From the NCBI GenBank assembly GCA_039698055.1, contig JBDKTL010000029.1, positions 1 to 41,153 on the forward strand: a DNA stretch of 41,153 nt. The letters run 5' to 3'. Origin of the DNA: Methanoregula sp. Lineage in GTDB: Archaea > Halobacteriota > Methanomicrobia > Methanomicrobiales > Methanospirillaceae. Position 1 is the first letter of the stretch. Each line of letters begins with the position of its first letter. Under the pieces are notes generated by a model. The model searched no databases. It was not told the DNA's origin and was given only the letters and a program-made list of their open reading frames with translations. The translations under genes and the position numbers were made by a program. Positions 1 through 8,876 of this stretch are shown here, piece after piece.

Positions 1-526
1 GAACCCTGCTGTTGGAGGCTACGAATCCAGTAATCACCTGTTGCTCGGTATCAACGGAGATCGAAGTTTTCAGGAAATGTTTTCGGATTTTACCGGTTCG
101 TTCTGAAAAATAATGGCTGCAGTACCCACTGGTAAATCCGGATGAATCGATTGCGGTTATCGGGATTGTATCATCAGAGGTGTAGAACAGGTTGACCGTT
201 TTTCTGAAGGTCAACCGAAGATAAAGAGATTTTATTCGTGAGAGAAATTTCTGAAGCGTTGTGAAATGCGGTACAACCGGGAAATTAAGGATCTCCTGAA
301 CTCCTTTCATATCTCCGACGTCTTCAATGAATTCCCGGTAATGTTGGTTCCGAAAATCTTTGAACAAAATTAGGACGAGTAACTGATGTTGGGTGTAGAC
401 CTTCTTTGAAAATTTACAGGAATACGGATTAAGATGAGTTGAATTTACAACTGAAATGGCTGCCTGGACAAACCTGATATTCCGGCTTGCTGATCTCTTT
501 ATTGTCTCCTTTCTATTTGACTTCAC
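1..526 (-). CDS. IS5-family DDE transposase, N-terminal part (partial; start uncertain)
   Basis: Manual translation (absent from ORF track because there is no stop): ...YSCKFSKKVYTQHQLLVL...PHFTTLQKF...ITAIDSSGFTSGYCSHYFSER...SISVDT. AIDSSG carries the first DDE Asp. In-frame GTG at 526; the codon aligned with the right-hand copy's GTG is AGA. Confidence 0.85.
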   Translation of the reverse strand, partial: MKSNRKETIKRSASRNIRFVQAAISVVNSTHLNPYSCKFSKKVYTQHQLLVLILFKDFRNQHYREFIEDVGDMKGVQEILNFPVVPHFTTLQKFLSRIKSLYLRLTFRKTVNLFYTSDDTIPITAIDSSGFTSGYCSHYFSERTGKIRKHFLKTSISVDTEQQVITGFVASNSRV

Positions 527-605
527 AATCAAGAAAAGGAGACGCTGTACCTTAGATCTTTCGGTTGTCGGTACGACCTGGTTTTAATTAGGATTTCTAC
601 AGAGC
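1..605 (-). mobile_element. IS5-family (IS903-like end) insertion sequence, left end plus 5' part, runs off the window
   Basis: Minus-strand terminus GCTCTGTAGAAAT (605-593) matches GCTTTGTAGAAAT at 41028-41040. A 21-bp block at 545-565 is identical (inverted) to 41067-41087. A transposase frame follows. Confidence 0.85.
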
Positions 606-765
606 AAAAAATTAAAAAAAAAAAGGAATTGTGGTCACCGGCGGCATATGCACACAGCGCCCCGCCTCATCATCAGGTACTGCAAGCGTTTTCCCGGGAA
701 CATCTGGCGTTTCATGGCATTTTCCCGGGAATCCGACAAAAAAATTTCAGCAAAAAAAATTTGGC

Positions 766-1107
766 CTAGATGACAATATCTCCGGTTTCCTTTGTCTGGA
801 TTCGTATTGCCTCTTCTACGGGCATGACAAAGATCTTTCCGTCCCCGACATGCCCGGTGTGTGCGCTGTCAGAGATCGCATCGATGACATCCTGGACAGA
901 CTCATCGTTCACGATAAGTTCAATCTTGACTTTTGACATGAAATCATACATCGGGGTGATCCCGTCAGCCTGGTGCTGGCTGATCTCATTTTCGGTTCCG
1001 CGATACCAGACATCGTGATTGATCATGGACCGGTGACCGGTTTCAACCAATGCTTTTCTCACCGCACCGATCCGTTCCTGTCTCACAATTGCCTCGATCT
1101 TTTTCAT
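766..1107 (-). CDS. P-II family nitrogen regulatory protein (divergent GlnK/GlnB-like)
   Basis: 113 aa with MKKIEAIVR N-terminus, KVKIELIV, TGHVGDGKIFVMPVEEAIRI. Confidence 0.92.
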   Translation of the reverse strand: MKKIEAIVRQERIGAVRKALVETGHRSMINHDVWYRGTENEISQHQADGITPMYDFMSKVKIELIVNDESVQDVIDAISDSAHTGHVGDGKIFVMPVEEAIRIQTKETGDIVI

Positions 1108-1314
1108 ACATAGTAATAGAGTTTATCAAATAAATATATGTATTGTTTAAAAAATATATAGTGACGACATAACCCCCGTTCACGACGAAAAGAGTTTTCA
1201 TCGGCCCTGACGGATCTAAGGCCGGAAAAAATGATACCAAAGGAAAATAATCGATAAACGGCCGCAAACCCTTCTTTTCCTGAGGCTGTCTCCGGTAATT
1301 AAAAAAAAATGCCG

Positions 1315-2127
1315 CTAGTATCCCGACGCATAATACCAGCCGTCGTCTTCGTTGACATGGACCGGAACGGAAAACAGCCTGCCAATCGTCCTGTCCGTCA
1401 GCATGGTGCGTTTGGGACCATCGCCGCAGAACTTCCCATCCTTCATCAGGATGACCCGGGATATCTCCGGGATAATATCGTGAAGATGGTGCGTCACAAG
1501 GATGATCCCGGTTCCCGACCGGGCGATCTTGCGGAGCAGGATCCGGAACGTGTGGAGCGCGTGAAGGTCGAGACTGTTGGTGGGCTCATCGAGGACAAGT
1601 GCCCGTGGGTGGTGGATGAGTGCCCTGCCGATCAGGAACCGCCGGGCTTCACCGGACGACATTTCGTTCATCGGCCGTTCTTTAAGATGGTCGACATCAA
1701 GAAACGAACAGATCTCATCGGCCCGGCGCTCCATTTCAGCCGTGACTTCCCGGTTATAGAGCCCGATGCTGGAAAAAAACCCGGACAGGATCACTTCCCG
1801 GCCGGACATGTCCTGCGTGAAGAGGTACTGCAGGTCGTTTGAGACAATGCCAATCGTTGACCGCATCTCAAACACATCCCAGACTTCCTGCCCCCGGATG
1901 CGAAATACCATGCCGTCAGTGATAAGCGGGTAATATTCCCGCATGAGTGTTTTGATGAACGATGATTTTCCCGAACCGTTTGGCCCGAGAATGGCGACGT
2001 TTTCGCCTTCGCGGATCGTTACCGATACCGAGTCAAGGACATTCTTGTCGCCAATGACGACCGTGATATTCTGGAATTCAAGCAGGAGGGGCTGATCTTT
2101 TTTCTGCGGGGAGGCGCGTGTTTTCAT
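1315..2127 (-). CDS. ABC transporter ATP-binding protein (ModF-like, orphan)
   Basis: Walker A GPNGSGKS, signature MSSGE, Walker B LVLDEP, H-loop VTHH; no permease adjacent. Confidence 0.9.
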   Translation of the reverse strand: MKTRASPQKKDQPLLLEFQNITVVIGDKNVLDSVSVTIREGENVAILGPNGSGKSSFIKTLMREYYPLITDGMVFRIRGQEVWDVFEMRSTIGIVSNDLQYLFTQDMSGREVILSGFFSSIGLYNREVTAEMERRADEICSFLDVDHLKERPMNEMSSGEARRFLIGRALIHHPRALVLDEPTNSLDLHALHTFRILLRKIARSGTGIILVTHHLHDIIPEISRVILMKDGKFCGDGPKRTMLTDRTIGRLFSVPVHVNEDDGWYYASGY

Positions 2128-2376
2128 GGGAACCAGAGCGAGACATTCGTGTTTTCTTACCTATTTGCGACCGTACATAACAATTCTTGCGCACCGGTAA
2201 ACGGGATTCGCCGGGCCACAGGCACCGGCCGATTTTTTTTGCGGCAATCCTGCCGGGCAGTTTTTGTGAATTTTTTTTCATGATTCTCAGCCCGGCCATG
2301 ATATACCGTTACTGCCCCGGTGATTTTCCCGGTACACAACCAGCAAAAAATGGCCGGGGAAAATGCCGGGAAAAGA

Positions 2377-4116
2377 TTATGTGTCTGCGGCAAACGTAAT
2401 CGTGCAGGTCCGGGTCCCTTTCGCATCCTCAAGAGACAGTTCTCCCCCGGCACGGGCAGCGAGCCGTACCAGAAATCCCCGGACCGGTGCATCCCCGTCA
2501 CGGATGAACGCTCCCGTGTCCCCGGCAATCTTCACGGTAACGGCTGATTCGCCCCGTCCGGTCGTGAGGGTGATGCGTGGTGCACCGGTGCCGACAAGGT
2601 CTTCTAAAAGATAGATGACGAGATCCAAAAACAGGTCCCGGTCAACAAGGCAAAGATTAACCGCAGGATCAAAGGATTTGGTGACCTCAATGTCCCCTAA
2701 AAGCGGCTGCGAACCGATACGGGAAAGCAGCATCCGGATAAAGGCGGTATCATCGTCCGCGGACGAGAGGATATCCTCATCCGAACACCGGGAGCGCGAG
2801 AGATCTGCAATCAGGGACGAAAGGGTACTGTTCATCTCGCACGGGCTCCGGTTATCCGGGGGACAGAATCCCCGGAGCATCGTGGTGTAATCGGACAGCA
2901 GGTGCTCAGCACGGGTCACCAAAGTCGGATCGATAACGTTGGCAAGGTCGTCCCGGGTAAACGACCGTTCGAGTTTTCCCATCACCTGCCCGGCTTTCAA
3001 GGCGAGGTGGATGGAAACCCGGTCTGCGGTATGGTGATCGACCGAGAACGAGCGGAACGCATCCAGCAGTTCGTCAATCGTGTCGCTCCTGATAAGACCG
3101 GTCATCTGGTCAGCAACACCGGATTCGCCCAGTTCTTCCATAACGTAGGACACATAGCCAAGCCGGCCGGACATAATCGTAAATAATTCGTTTACCTGCT
3201 CCATGCAGTCGTCGGCACATGCGGCGACGTATGCAGCCCGTTCCGCGTTGAACTCGGCAATATTTTCGAGTTTGTGGGCTTCCTTGTGCAGGATTTCCAG
3301 CGTGCGGACGGCATCTGCTGCCGGGATAAGCCTGCCATGGCCCGGGCAGACCCAGTCAATCTCCCCGGCGCTGACAAGTTGCCGGATTCCCGCAAGCGAA
3401 TGGATGAGCGCGTGCTGGTCCCACCCGCACAACCCGGCAATACCGGGATTTGCCGCAAACAAAATATCGCCGATGAACAGCAGCCTGCCAACAGAAATAC
3501 AGATACTGTCGGGACTGTGACCCGGCGTATGGTACACGGTAAGAACCGGACCGCCGCCAAACGAGATCTGCTCGCAGGGAAGATCCGTGCCGGGGCAGGG
3601 TTGCCGGCGGGTGATGGTGATTGCTGCGCCATTGTTTGCATGATACGTGACAGCTGATTCCGCGTGGGCCGACCGGTCGGGAGAAAGGAGCCTGATGCCG
3701 ATTTCCCGGGGAGCGACGGTGAATCCCAGCAAGTCGGCCTGTGTCAGGAACCGGTCGCCGCGTTCCAGCGCATCGGCACCCGATTCCTGCACGGCAAAAA
3801 TGGCGTCCCTGAAGTACGTATCCGCAGGCGCGTACTGGACCGAGAGGAAATGATCGATATGGGCGTGGGTGAGGAATATCACGACGGGACGTTCGCGGAT
3901 GTCGCGGAGTTCCTGTATCGCGGCGACAAGCTGGGTGGCCTGTTCGGGAAGGCCGCCGGGATCGATCAGGCAGATGCATGCCGGTGTTTCGATCAGGTAC
4001 GAGTTTGAGGATATGGTGTCGATCTTGCGGATAAGCGGGTAGATGTTTGCCTCCAGAGCCCCGGGCACCGGTTGCCATGCGAGGGGGGCAAGAGGAGCCT
4101 TACTGCCATCCGGCAC
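2377..4116 (-). CDS. MBL-fold metallo-hydrolase fused to a degenerate HisKA/HATPase-like C-terminus
   Basis: THAHIDH, TPGHSPDS, GDILF and PGHG MBL motifs. C-terminal DRDLFLDLVIYLLED...AGGELSLEDAKGTRTCTITF resembles HATPase_c. Start placed at GTG 4116 overlapping the STAS gene end (ORF track opens at 4188). Confidence 0.8.
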   Translation of the reverse strand: MPDGSKAPLAPLAWQPVPGALEANIYPLIRKIDTISSNSYLIETPACICLIDPGGLPEQATQLVAAIQELRDIRERPVVIFLTHAHIDHFLSVQYAPADTYFRDAIFAVQESGADALERGDRFLTQADLLGFTVAPREIGIRLLSPDRSAHAESAVTYHANNGAAITITRRQPCPGTDLPCEQISFGGGPVLTVYHTPGHSPDSICISVGRLLFIGDILFAANPGIAGLCGWDQHALIHSLAGIRQLVSAGEIDWVCPGHGRLIPAADAVRTLEILHKEAHKLENIAEFNAERAAYVAACADDCMEQVNELFTIMSGRLGYVSYVMEELGESGVADQMTGLIRSDTIDELLDAFRSFSVDHHTADRVSIHLALKAGQVMGKLERSFTRDDLANVIDPTLVTRAEHLLSDYTTMLRGFCPPDNRSPCEMNSTLSSLIADLSRSRCSDEDILSSADDDTAFIRMLLSRIGSQPLLGDIEVTKSFDPAVNLCLVDRDLFLDLVIYLLEDLVGTGAPRITLTTGRGESAVTVKIAGDTGAFIRDGDAPVRGFLVRLAARAGGELSLEDAKGTRTCTITFAADT

Positions 4117-4435
4117 GTGCCTCGCCCTCGGATGAAAAGATCGAGAAGAGTGACGTAAACCCGGCGAGTTTGAGGACTTTATGCACATCTGCGGTCAGGC
4201 AGCAGAGCCCGAACCGGTCACCTTCGGTGCGCAGTTTTTTTGCCGTGGATAACAGCACCCGCAGGCCGCCGCTTGAGATGTAGACGACGCCGGCAAAGTT
4301 TATGAGGATTTTCCGGTTCCCGCTGCCGATCAGGCTGTTTATCTCCTGTTCAAGATCCCCGGCGGTTGTTGAGTCAAGGCGTCCGTTTAGGGCCAGCATG
4401 GTTATGCCCTCGTGCGTTGTCGTTATTATCTCCAT
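4100..4435 (-). CDS. STAS-domain anti-sigma-factor antagonist (RsbV/SpoIIAA-like)
   Basis: 111 aa; LNGRLDS, VVYISSGGLRVLL with the conserved phospho-Ser, VLKLAGF. Confidence 0.92.
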   Translation of the reverse strand: MEIITTTHEGITMLALNGRLDSTTAGDLEQEINSLIGSGNRKILINFAGVVYISSGGLRVLLSTAKKLRTEGDRFGLCCLTADVHKVLKLAGFTSLFSIFSSEGEARAGWQ

Positions 4436-4636
4436 AAAAAGTCACCCGGTTTTATGCATCCCGCCAGGTTATTGCAGATACAATCGTTGTGGTTTCTCAA
4501 AAGTTAATCTTTCTTTCACCTCATTTATTGTGCTGAAGTTTAAGTGTTTTTATGTGTAACACCTACATACGGGCGCACATCGCGACAGCCATGCCCGCAT
4601 GACTGAAGGGTACTTGAGGGGGAGTGACGGAAAATC

Positions 4637-5050
4637 GTGAATCACCTGGATATTGTCATACCGGCACAACCTGATGAGATCCCTAAAGTCACTGCCGACA
4701 TTGAAGAGATCTTAAGGTCACAGGATTTTTCACCGGAAGCAATTCTTGACGTGCAGTTGGCCCTTGAAGAAGTCCTTGTCAATATCATCAACTACGGGTA
4801 TCGCGGGAGAGCGGGAAATATTGCTATCTGTTGCGACGCGTCGCCATCACAGGTTTCCCTTGAAATTTCAGATTCCGGGCCGGCATTTAATCCGCTTTCA
4901 ATGCCGGAGCCGGATGTCACCTCGGGTATTGATGAACGGCGTGTCGGGGGCCTTGGTATATATTTAGTGCGGCAGGTCATGGACACGGTGACCTACCATC
5001 ATAAGAATCATAAGAATATCCTGAGGCTGGTCAAGGTTAAGCGGGAGTAA
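4637..5050 (+). CDS. RsbW/SpoIIAB-type Ser/Thr kinase (HATPase_c_2)
   Basis: LALEEVLVNIINYGY (N box), ISDSGPAFNP (G1), GGLGIYLVRQVMD (G2); GGAG RBS upstream. Confidence 0.92.
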   Translation: MNHLDIVIPAQPDEIPKVTADIEEILRSQDFSPEAILDVQLALEEVLVNIINYGYRGRAGNIAICCDASPSQVSLEISDSGPAFNPLSMPEPDVTSGIDERRVGGLGIYLVRQVMDTVTYHHKNHKNILRLVKVKRE

Positions 5051-5156
5051 GAAACCGGGCTCATACGATAAGGTGGCAAAGAGATAAAAAAAGATTATTG
5101 TCGTGCCCTTATGGGAAAAAACACATCCCACAAAAGAACGTTTGCAAGGGGCAGGT

Positions 5157-5375
5157 TCACCGGAGCCTGCGGTCAGCGCTCTGCTTCTCAAGATTCATGA
5201 AAGCTTCATGCCGTGGACATTCGTGCGGGTTTGCGCCATCCTTTGGGAGCCATTTTCCTTCCCTCGGGTTGAACCGGGCCGGGCATGACCATTCGCTTCC
5301 CATCGATCCATCGGGTCCCGGGACCTTCCTGGTTTTGATATATTCACAGTTGGTACAAAAATGATAGGTGCTCAT
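5157..5375 (-). CDS. Small Cys-rich hypothetical protein (possible Zn-binding)
   Basis: 72 aa, CxxC plus two later CP motifs; GGAGG RBS upstream of ATG. Confidence 0.65.
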   Translation of the reverse strand: MSTYHFCTNCEYIKTRKVPGPDGSMGSEWSCPARFNPREGKWLPKDGANPHECPRHEAFMNLEKQSADRRLR

Positions 5376-5559
5376 GCACGGCCTCCTCGTTCATGGTATT
5401 CATCAGACTTTGACGTGGTGTGTTATCTGGTGACGATATATGCCTTCTGGATGGGGCACACTATGGGCTAAGGAGAAATATCATAAAAATTGTGGGGTCA
5501 ATCCCACCTGGGGTGTCACGGATAATGGGGAGGGGATCTCTTAACAATCATGCGTGACC

Positions 5560-5672
5560 CTGCCGGTACTGAGGGGGTACCTGCCGGATCATGAGGTACC
5601 CCCCGGGGGGTATGGCATACTGAGGGAGGTACCCCTGCTGGGGGGTACCTCTTGTGCTGAATGAGGGGGTAT
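5560..5672. repeat. Nested palindromic GGTACC / G-tract repeat cluster at the defence-island edge
   Basis: GGTACC at 5576, 5595, 5628, 5644; perfect 12-bp inverted repeat 5593-5604 / 5640-5651; 16-bp palindrome 5597-5612. Confidence 0.75.
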
Positions 5673-5712
5673 GATGTCAGGTTGTAAGGCCCCGATCCAT
5701 TTTTCAAACAAT

Positions 5713-5979
5713 TTATTTGTCAGAAGTATACGCTTTCAATAGAGCCCGGAACATCTTACCATGATTAGGATACTTCAGATGAAGCAGTTCATGAACGATG
5801 ATCTTTTCCCGCTCGGTTTTAGACTGTTGTAAAATTGCCCGGTCGAAGGTTAACCTGCCCTTGCTTGAACAGCTCGCCCACTTGGTCTTCATTTTACGCA
5901 AATGGATCTCTTTAATTTCAACCTTACAGGTTTTTGCCCATTCCCCAACCAATCGTTTGAAGGATTCTGGTGAGATCAT
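5713..5979 (-). CDS. YgjP/DUF45-like (M48) metallopeptidase-domain protein, short form, coupled to hsdR
   Basis: MKTKWASCS and IVHELLHL (HExxH)...NHGKMF; overlaps the hsdR stop (ATGA). Confidence 0.85.
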   Translation of the reverse strand: MISPESFKRLVGEWAKTCKVEIKEIHLRKMKTKWASCSSKGRLTFDRAILQQSKTEREKIIVHELLHLKYPNHGKMFRALLKAYTSDK

Positions 5980-8873
5980 GAAACAGCCCGTTTGAGAACA
6001 TTCATGATCTGGTCAACAATCTTTTTGATCTCTTTGATGTCACGGGTTCCGGATTGCAGGATTATGGTGTACAGTTCCTGTTTCACATCGCGAGCCTGTT
6101 GTTCACTGGTTCTCCAGTGGGGATTTTGAGTCAGGATATTTTTCATTTGATGCGCTTTTATTTCTGGATCGCTCATGCCGGTTTTGTTGAGAAGCCAGAA
6201 GATGGAGAACTCTTCTATGGGGATATTGCGTTTCTCCTGTTCAAGACGGGCTGCATTGATCTCATCAATGATGTTTTTAAGTTCGGCAAGGGTTTCCTGC
6301 GTGGTTTTCTGGCGATCCTTGTAGAGCTGGATCACCGCATCCGCTTTTTCACCGATGGAGAGAAGGTAGGGTGATTCTTCCGTATGCTTCCGTACGAGAT
6401 GTGCAATCCCTTTACTGAGATTGAACACCTTTTCAATATCGGATACCGGTTGCTCTTCGATATACCGGAGGACTTTATCATTAATCTCATAAATTCCACC
6501 GGGTGCCCCGATTTCACTGCTGACGGTATGATCCTGTACGAGTCGCGCAACCTTGCGGGAGAATTCCCGGTCTACGGATATGCCGGGATCAAAGTTTTCC
6601 CGCACCATGCGGTACATCTTCGCAAGGTTGTCTACATCATTGATGTACGGTCTCAGGAATGCATCGGGTGAGAGGATTTCGTAGATATCCGACAGTTCGT
6701 GGAAAAACGCATAAAATGTCTGGCGAACTTCTTCGTTCAGGAAATATTCGAGCACGGCTTCAACCGCTTTGTCCCGTGTCTTTCCTCTGGCAAGCCCGAG
6801 ATACTGTTGTGCTTCCTGTGACATCAGCCGGGTGAACCGGGCTTTGAGAACGTCAAGATCATTGACAATACCTTCGATATCGCTGGAATCGAAGGCAAGC
6901 GCTTTTTTGAGATTGTTAAAGATCCCGACAATATCGAGCACGAACCCTGCGGGTTTCCTGTGCCCCTCTTCGTCTTCATAGGGCCGGTTCACCCGGGCAA
7001 TTGCCTGGAGGAGGACATGATCCCGCATGGGTTTGTCGAGATACATACAATAGAGGACGGGGGCATCAAACCCGGTGAGGAGTTTTTCTGTGACAATGAG
7101 GATCTTCGGGTTTTTCTCCGGACTCCTGAATGCCTTGCGGATGCGTTTCTCCTCATCTTCTGCATGGTAGTGCATGCGGAGATCGTCTTCATCCCGGGGG
7201 TTCGGGCTGTAGACAACTTCTGAATATTCTTTCGGGAGATGTGTATCGAGTTCCTTTTTGTAGAGTGCACAGGCTTCCCGGTCTACGGCAACTAAAAATG
7301 CCTTGTATCCCATGGGCTCCACGTTGTTCCGGAAATGTTCTGCCACGAACCTGGCCACCTTCGGCACCCGTTCAGGGCTTTTCATCATGTTCCGGAGGTT
7401 CACCGCTTTTTCAAGAACCTTGTTGAGTTCAGCAACATCGCTGATCCCTTCCGATTCGGCAAGGTCGAGGAATTCCGTTTCGAGCGTTCTCCGGTCAACG
7501 AGCAAATCGTTGGGAGCGAGTGTGTAATGGAGCGGGACCGTGGTGCCGTCGCTGATGGACTCTGCAATACTGTACTTGTCAAGGTAACCGTAGGGTGGAT
7601 CGTCGCGCCCGAACGTGATGAACGTCCCCTGTCCGTACGCGGTCTTGTCGATGGGAGTGCCGGTGAAACCGATATACGTGGCATTCGGAAGTGCACCCAT
7701 CAGGTAGTTGCCCAGCGTGCCGGTAGTTGTACGGTGGGCTTCGTCTACGAGAATGAAGATCGTGTCCCGGTTATTGATATTTTCCGGCATCCCCTCAAAC
7801 TTGTGGATCATGGAGACGATGAGACCCCGGTGATCTGCGGCAAGGAGATTCTGAAGGTCCCGTTTGCTCTCCGCGACTTCGACATTCCCGATGCCGGCAG
7901 CGGTAAGGTTGCCGAACAGCTGGGTTTCGAGTTCGTTCCGGTCCACGAGCATGATCACGGTCGGATTCTCAAAGACCGGGTCGCGGAGGATCTTCTGCGC
8001 CGCCACGATCATCGTGTAGGTCTTGCCCGAACCTTGCGTATGCCAGATAAGACCGCGTTTCTTTCCGGTATCCCGTGCCCGCCCGAGCAGCTTATCGACA
8101 GCCCGCATCTGGTGCTGGCGGAGCACGACCTTCTTTAATTCATCATCCTGCCGGGTGAACAGGATCCCATCGGTGAGCAGGGTGAGGAAGCGTTTACGGT
8201 CACAGAAAGTTTTGACCAGCGTCTCGTAGTTTCCGCCGGATTCATCCTTCCAGTTGAAGAGCGTCTTTTTTGAGGTGTTCCAGGTCGCGCTGTAATAGTA
8301 CCGGATGATGTGGGTGAGCGCGTAAAGATGGAGGACGGCCAGCAGCTCGGGACATTCGCGATGATAGCGCCGGATCTGGTCGAGGGCTTCTGCGATCCCC
8401 TCTTTCTTGTGCGCAGCCTTGGTCTCGACAAAGAAGACCGGAATCCCGTTGACAAGGAAGACCACATCCTCGCGGATCGTCTTCGAACCGTTCGTGAACG
8501 AGAACTCATCGGTGATATGGAAGGTGTTGTTCTCTATATCATCGGTATCAATGAACCTGACATCACGTTCCCGTTTCTCTGCCGGGACAAAGATGGTTTT
8601 TACTCCTTTGAGATATTCCCATGCAACGAGGTTGCCTTCTATGGTGGGGGGAATGCGCCCGATCCGTTTGGCGAGTTCGGTGGCGAGCTCGCGGGTCATG
8701 AACGAATCATTGAGCCGGATAATCTGGTCGATGAAAATCTCTTTAAAAAGAATGCCGGTGGTGCCGCCCCTTAATCCGGTGGCTTTGTCCTTTTGGATAT
8801 ATTCCCACTTCGCGGATTCGGCATAGTCGATGAACGGGTTTTGTACTGAGCCACGTTCACCGCCGAGTGTCAT
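5976..8873 (-). CDS. hsdR: Type I restriction endonuclease subunit R
   Basis: 965 aa; D..VNGIP..VETK nuclease motif, QGSGKT, DEAHR, FTGTP, LLTGFDAP, QAIARVNR. Confidence 0.97.
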   Translation of the reverse strand: MTLGGERGSVQNPFIDYAESAKWEYIQKDKATGLRGGTTGILFKEIFIDQIIRLNDSFMTRELATELAKRIGRIPPTIEGNLVAWEYLKGVKTIFVPAEKRERDVRFIDTDDIENNTFHITDEFSFTNGSKTIREDVVFLVNGIPVFFVETKAAHKKEGIAEALDQIRRYHRECPELLAVLHLYALTHIIRYYYSATWNTSKKTLFNWKDESGGNYETLVKTFCDRKRFLTLLTDGILFTRQDDELKKVVLRQHQMRAVDKLLGRARDTGKKRGLIWHTQGSGKTYTMIVAAQKILRDPVFENPTVIMLVDRNELETQLFGNLTAAGIGNVEVAESKRDLQNLLAADHRGLIVSMIHKFEGMPENINNRDTIFILVDEAHRTTTGTLGNYLMGALPNATYIGFTGTPIDKTAYGQGTFITFGRDDPPYGYLDKYSIAESISDGTTVPLHYTLAPNDLLVDRRTLETEFLDLAESEGISDVAELNKVLEKAVNLRNMMKSPERVPKVARFVAEHFRNNVEPMGYKAFLVAVDREACALYKKELDTHLPKEYSEVVYSPNPRDEDDLRMHYHAEDEEKRIRKAFRSPEKNPKILIVTEKLLTGFDAPVLYCMYLDKPMRDHVLLQAIARVNRPYEDEEGHRKPAGFVLDIVGIFNNLKKALAFDSSDIEGIVNDLDVLKARFTRLMSQEAQQYLGLARGKTRDKAVEAVLEYFLNEEVRQTFYAFFHELSDIYEILSPDAFLRPYINDVDNLAKMYRMVRENFDPGISVDREFSRKVARLVQDHTVSSEIGAPGGIYEINDKVLRYIEEQPVSDIEKVFNLSKGIAHLVRKHTEESPYLLSIGEKADAVIQLYKDRQKTTQETLAELKNIIDEINAARLEQEKRNIPIEEFSIFWLLNKTGMSDPEIKAHQMKNILTQNPHWRTSEQQARDVKQELYTIILQSGTRDIKEIKKIVDQIMNVLKRAVS

Positions 8874-8876
8874 TAA

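Noticed and set aside
5560-5672. CRISPR array
   Set aside because: Units are short, degenerate and irregularly spaced with no unique spacers; no cas genes in the window.
7335-8138. Long antisense or alternate-frame ORFs (e.g. 7335-8138, 20454-21245, 35577-36401, 36391-37284)
   Set aside because: Shadows of well-supported genes in GC-rich coding DNA; no recognisable motifs.
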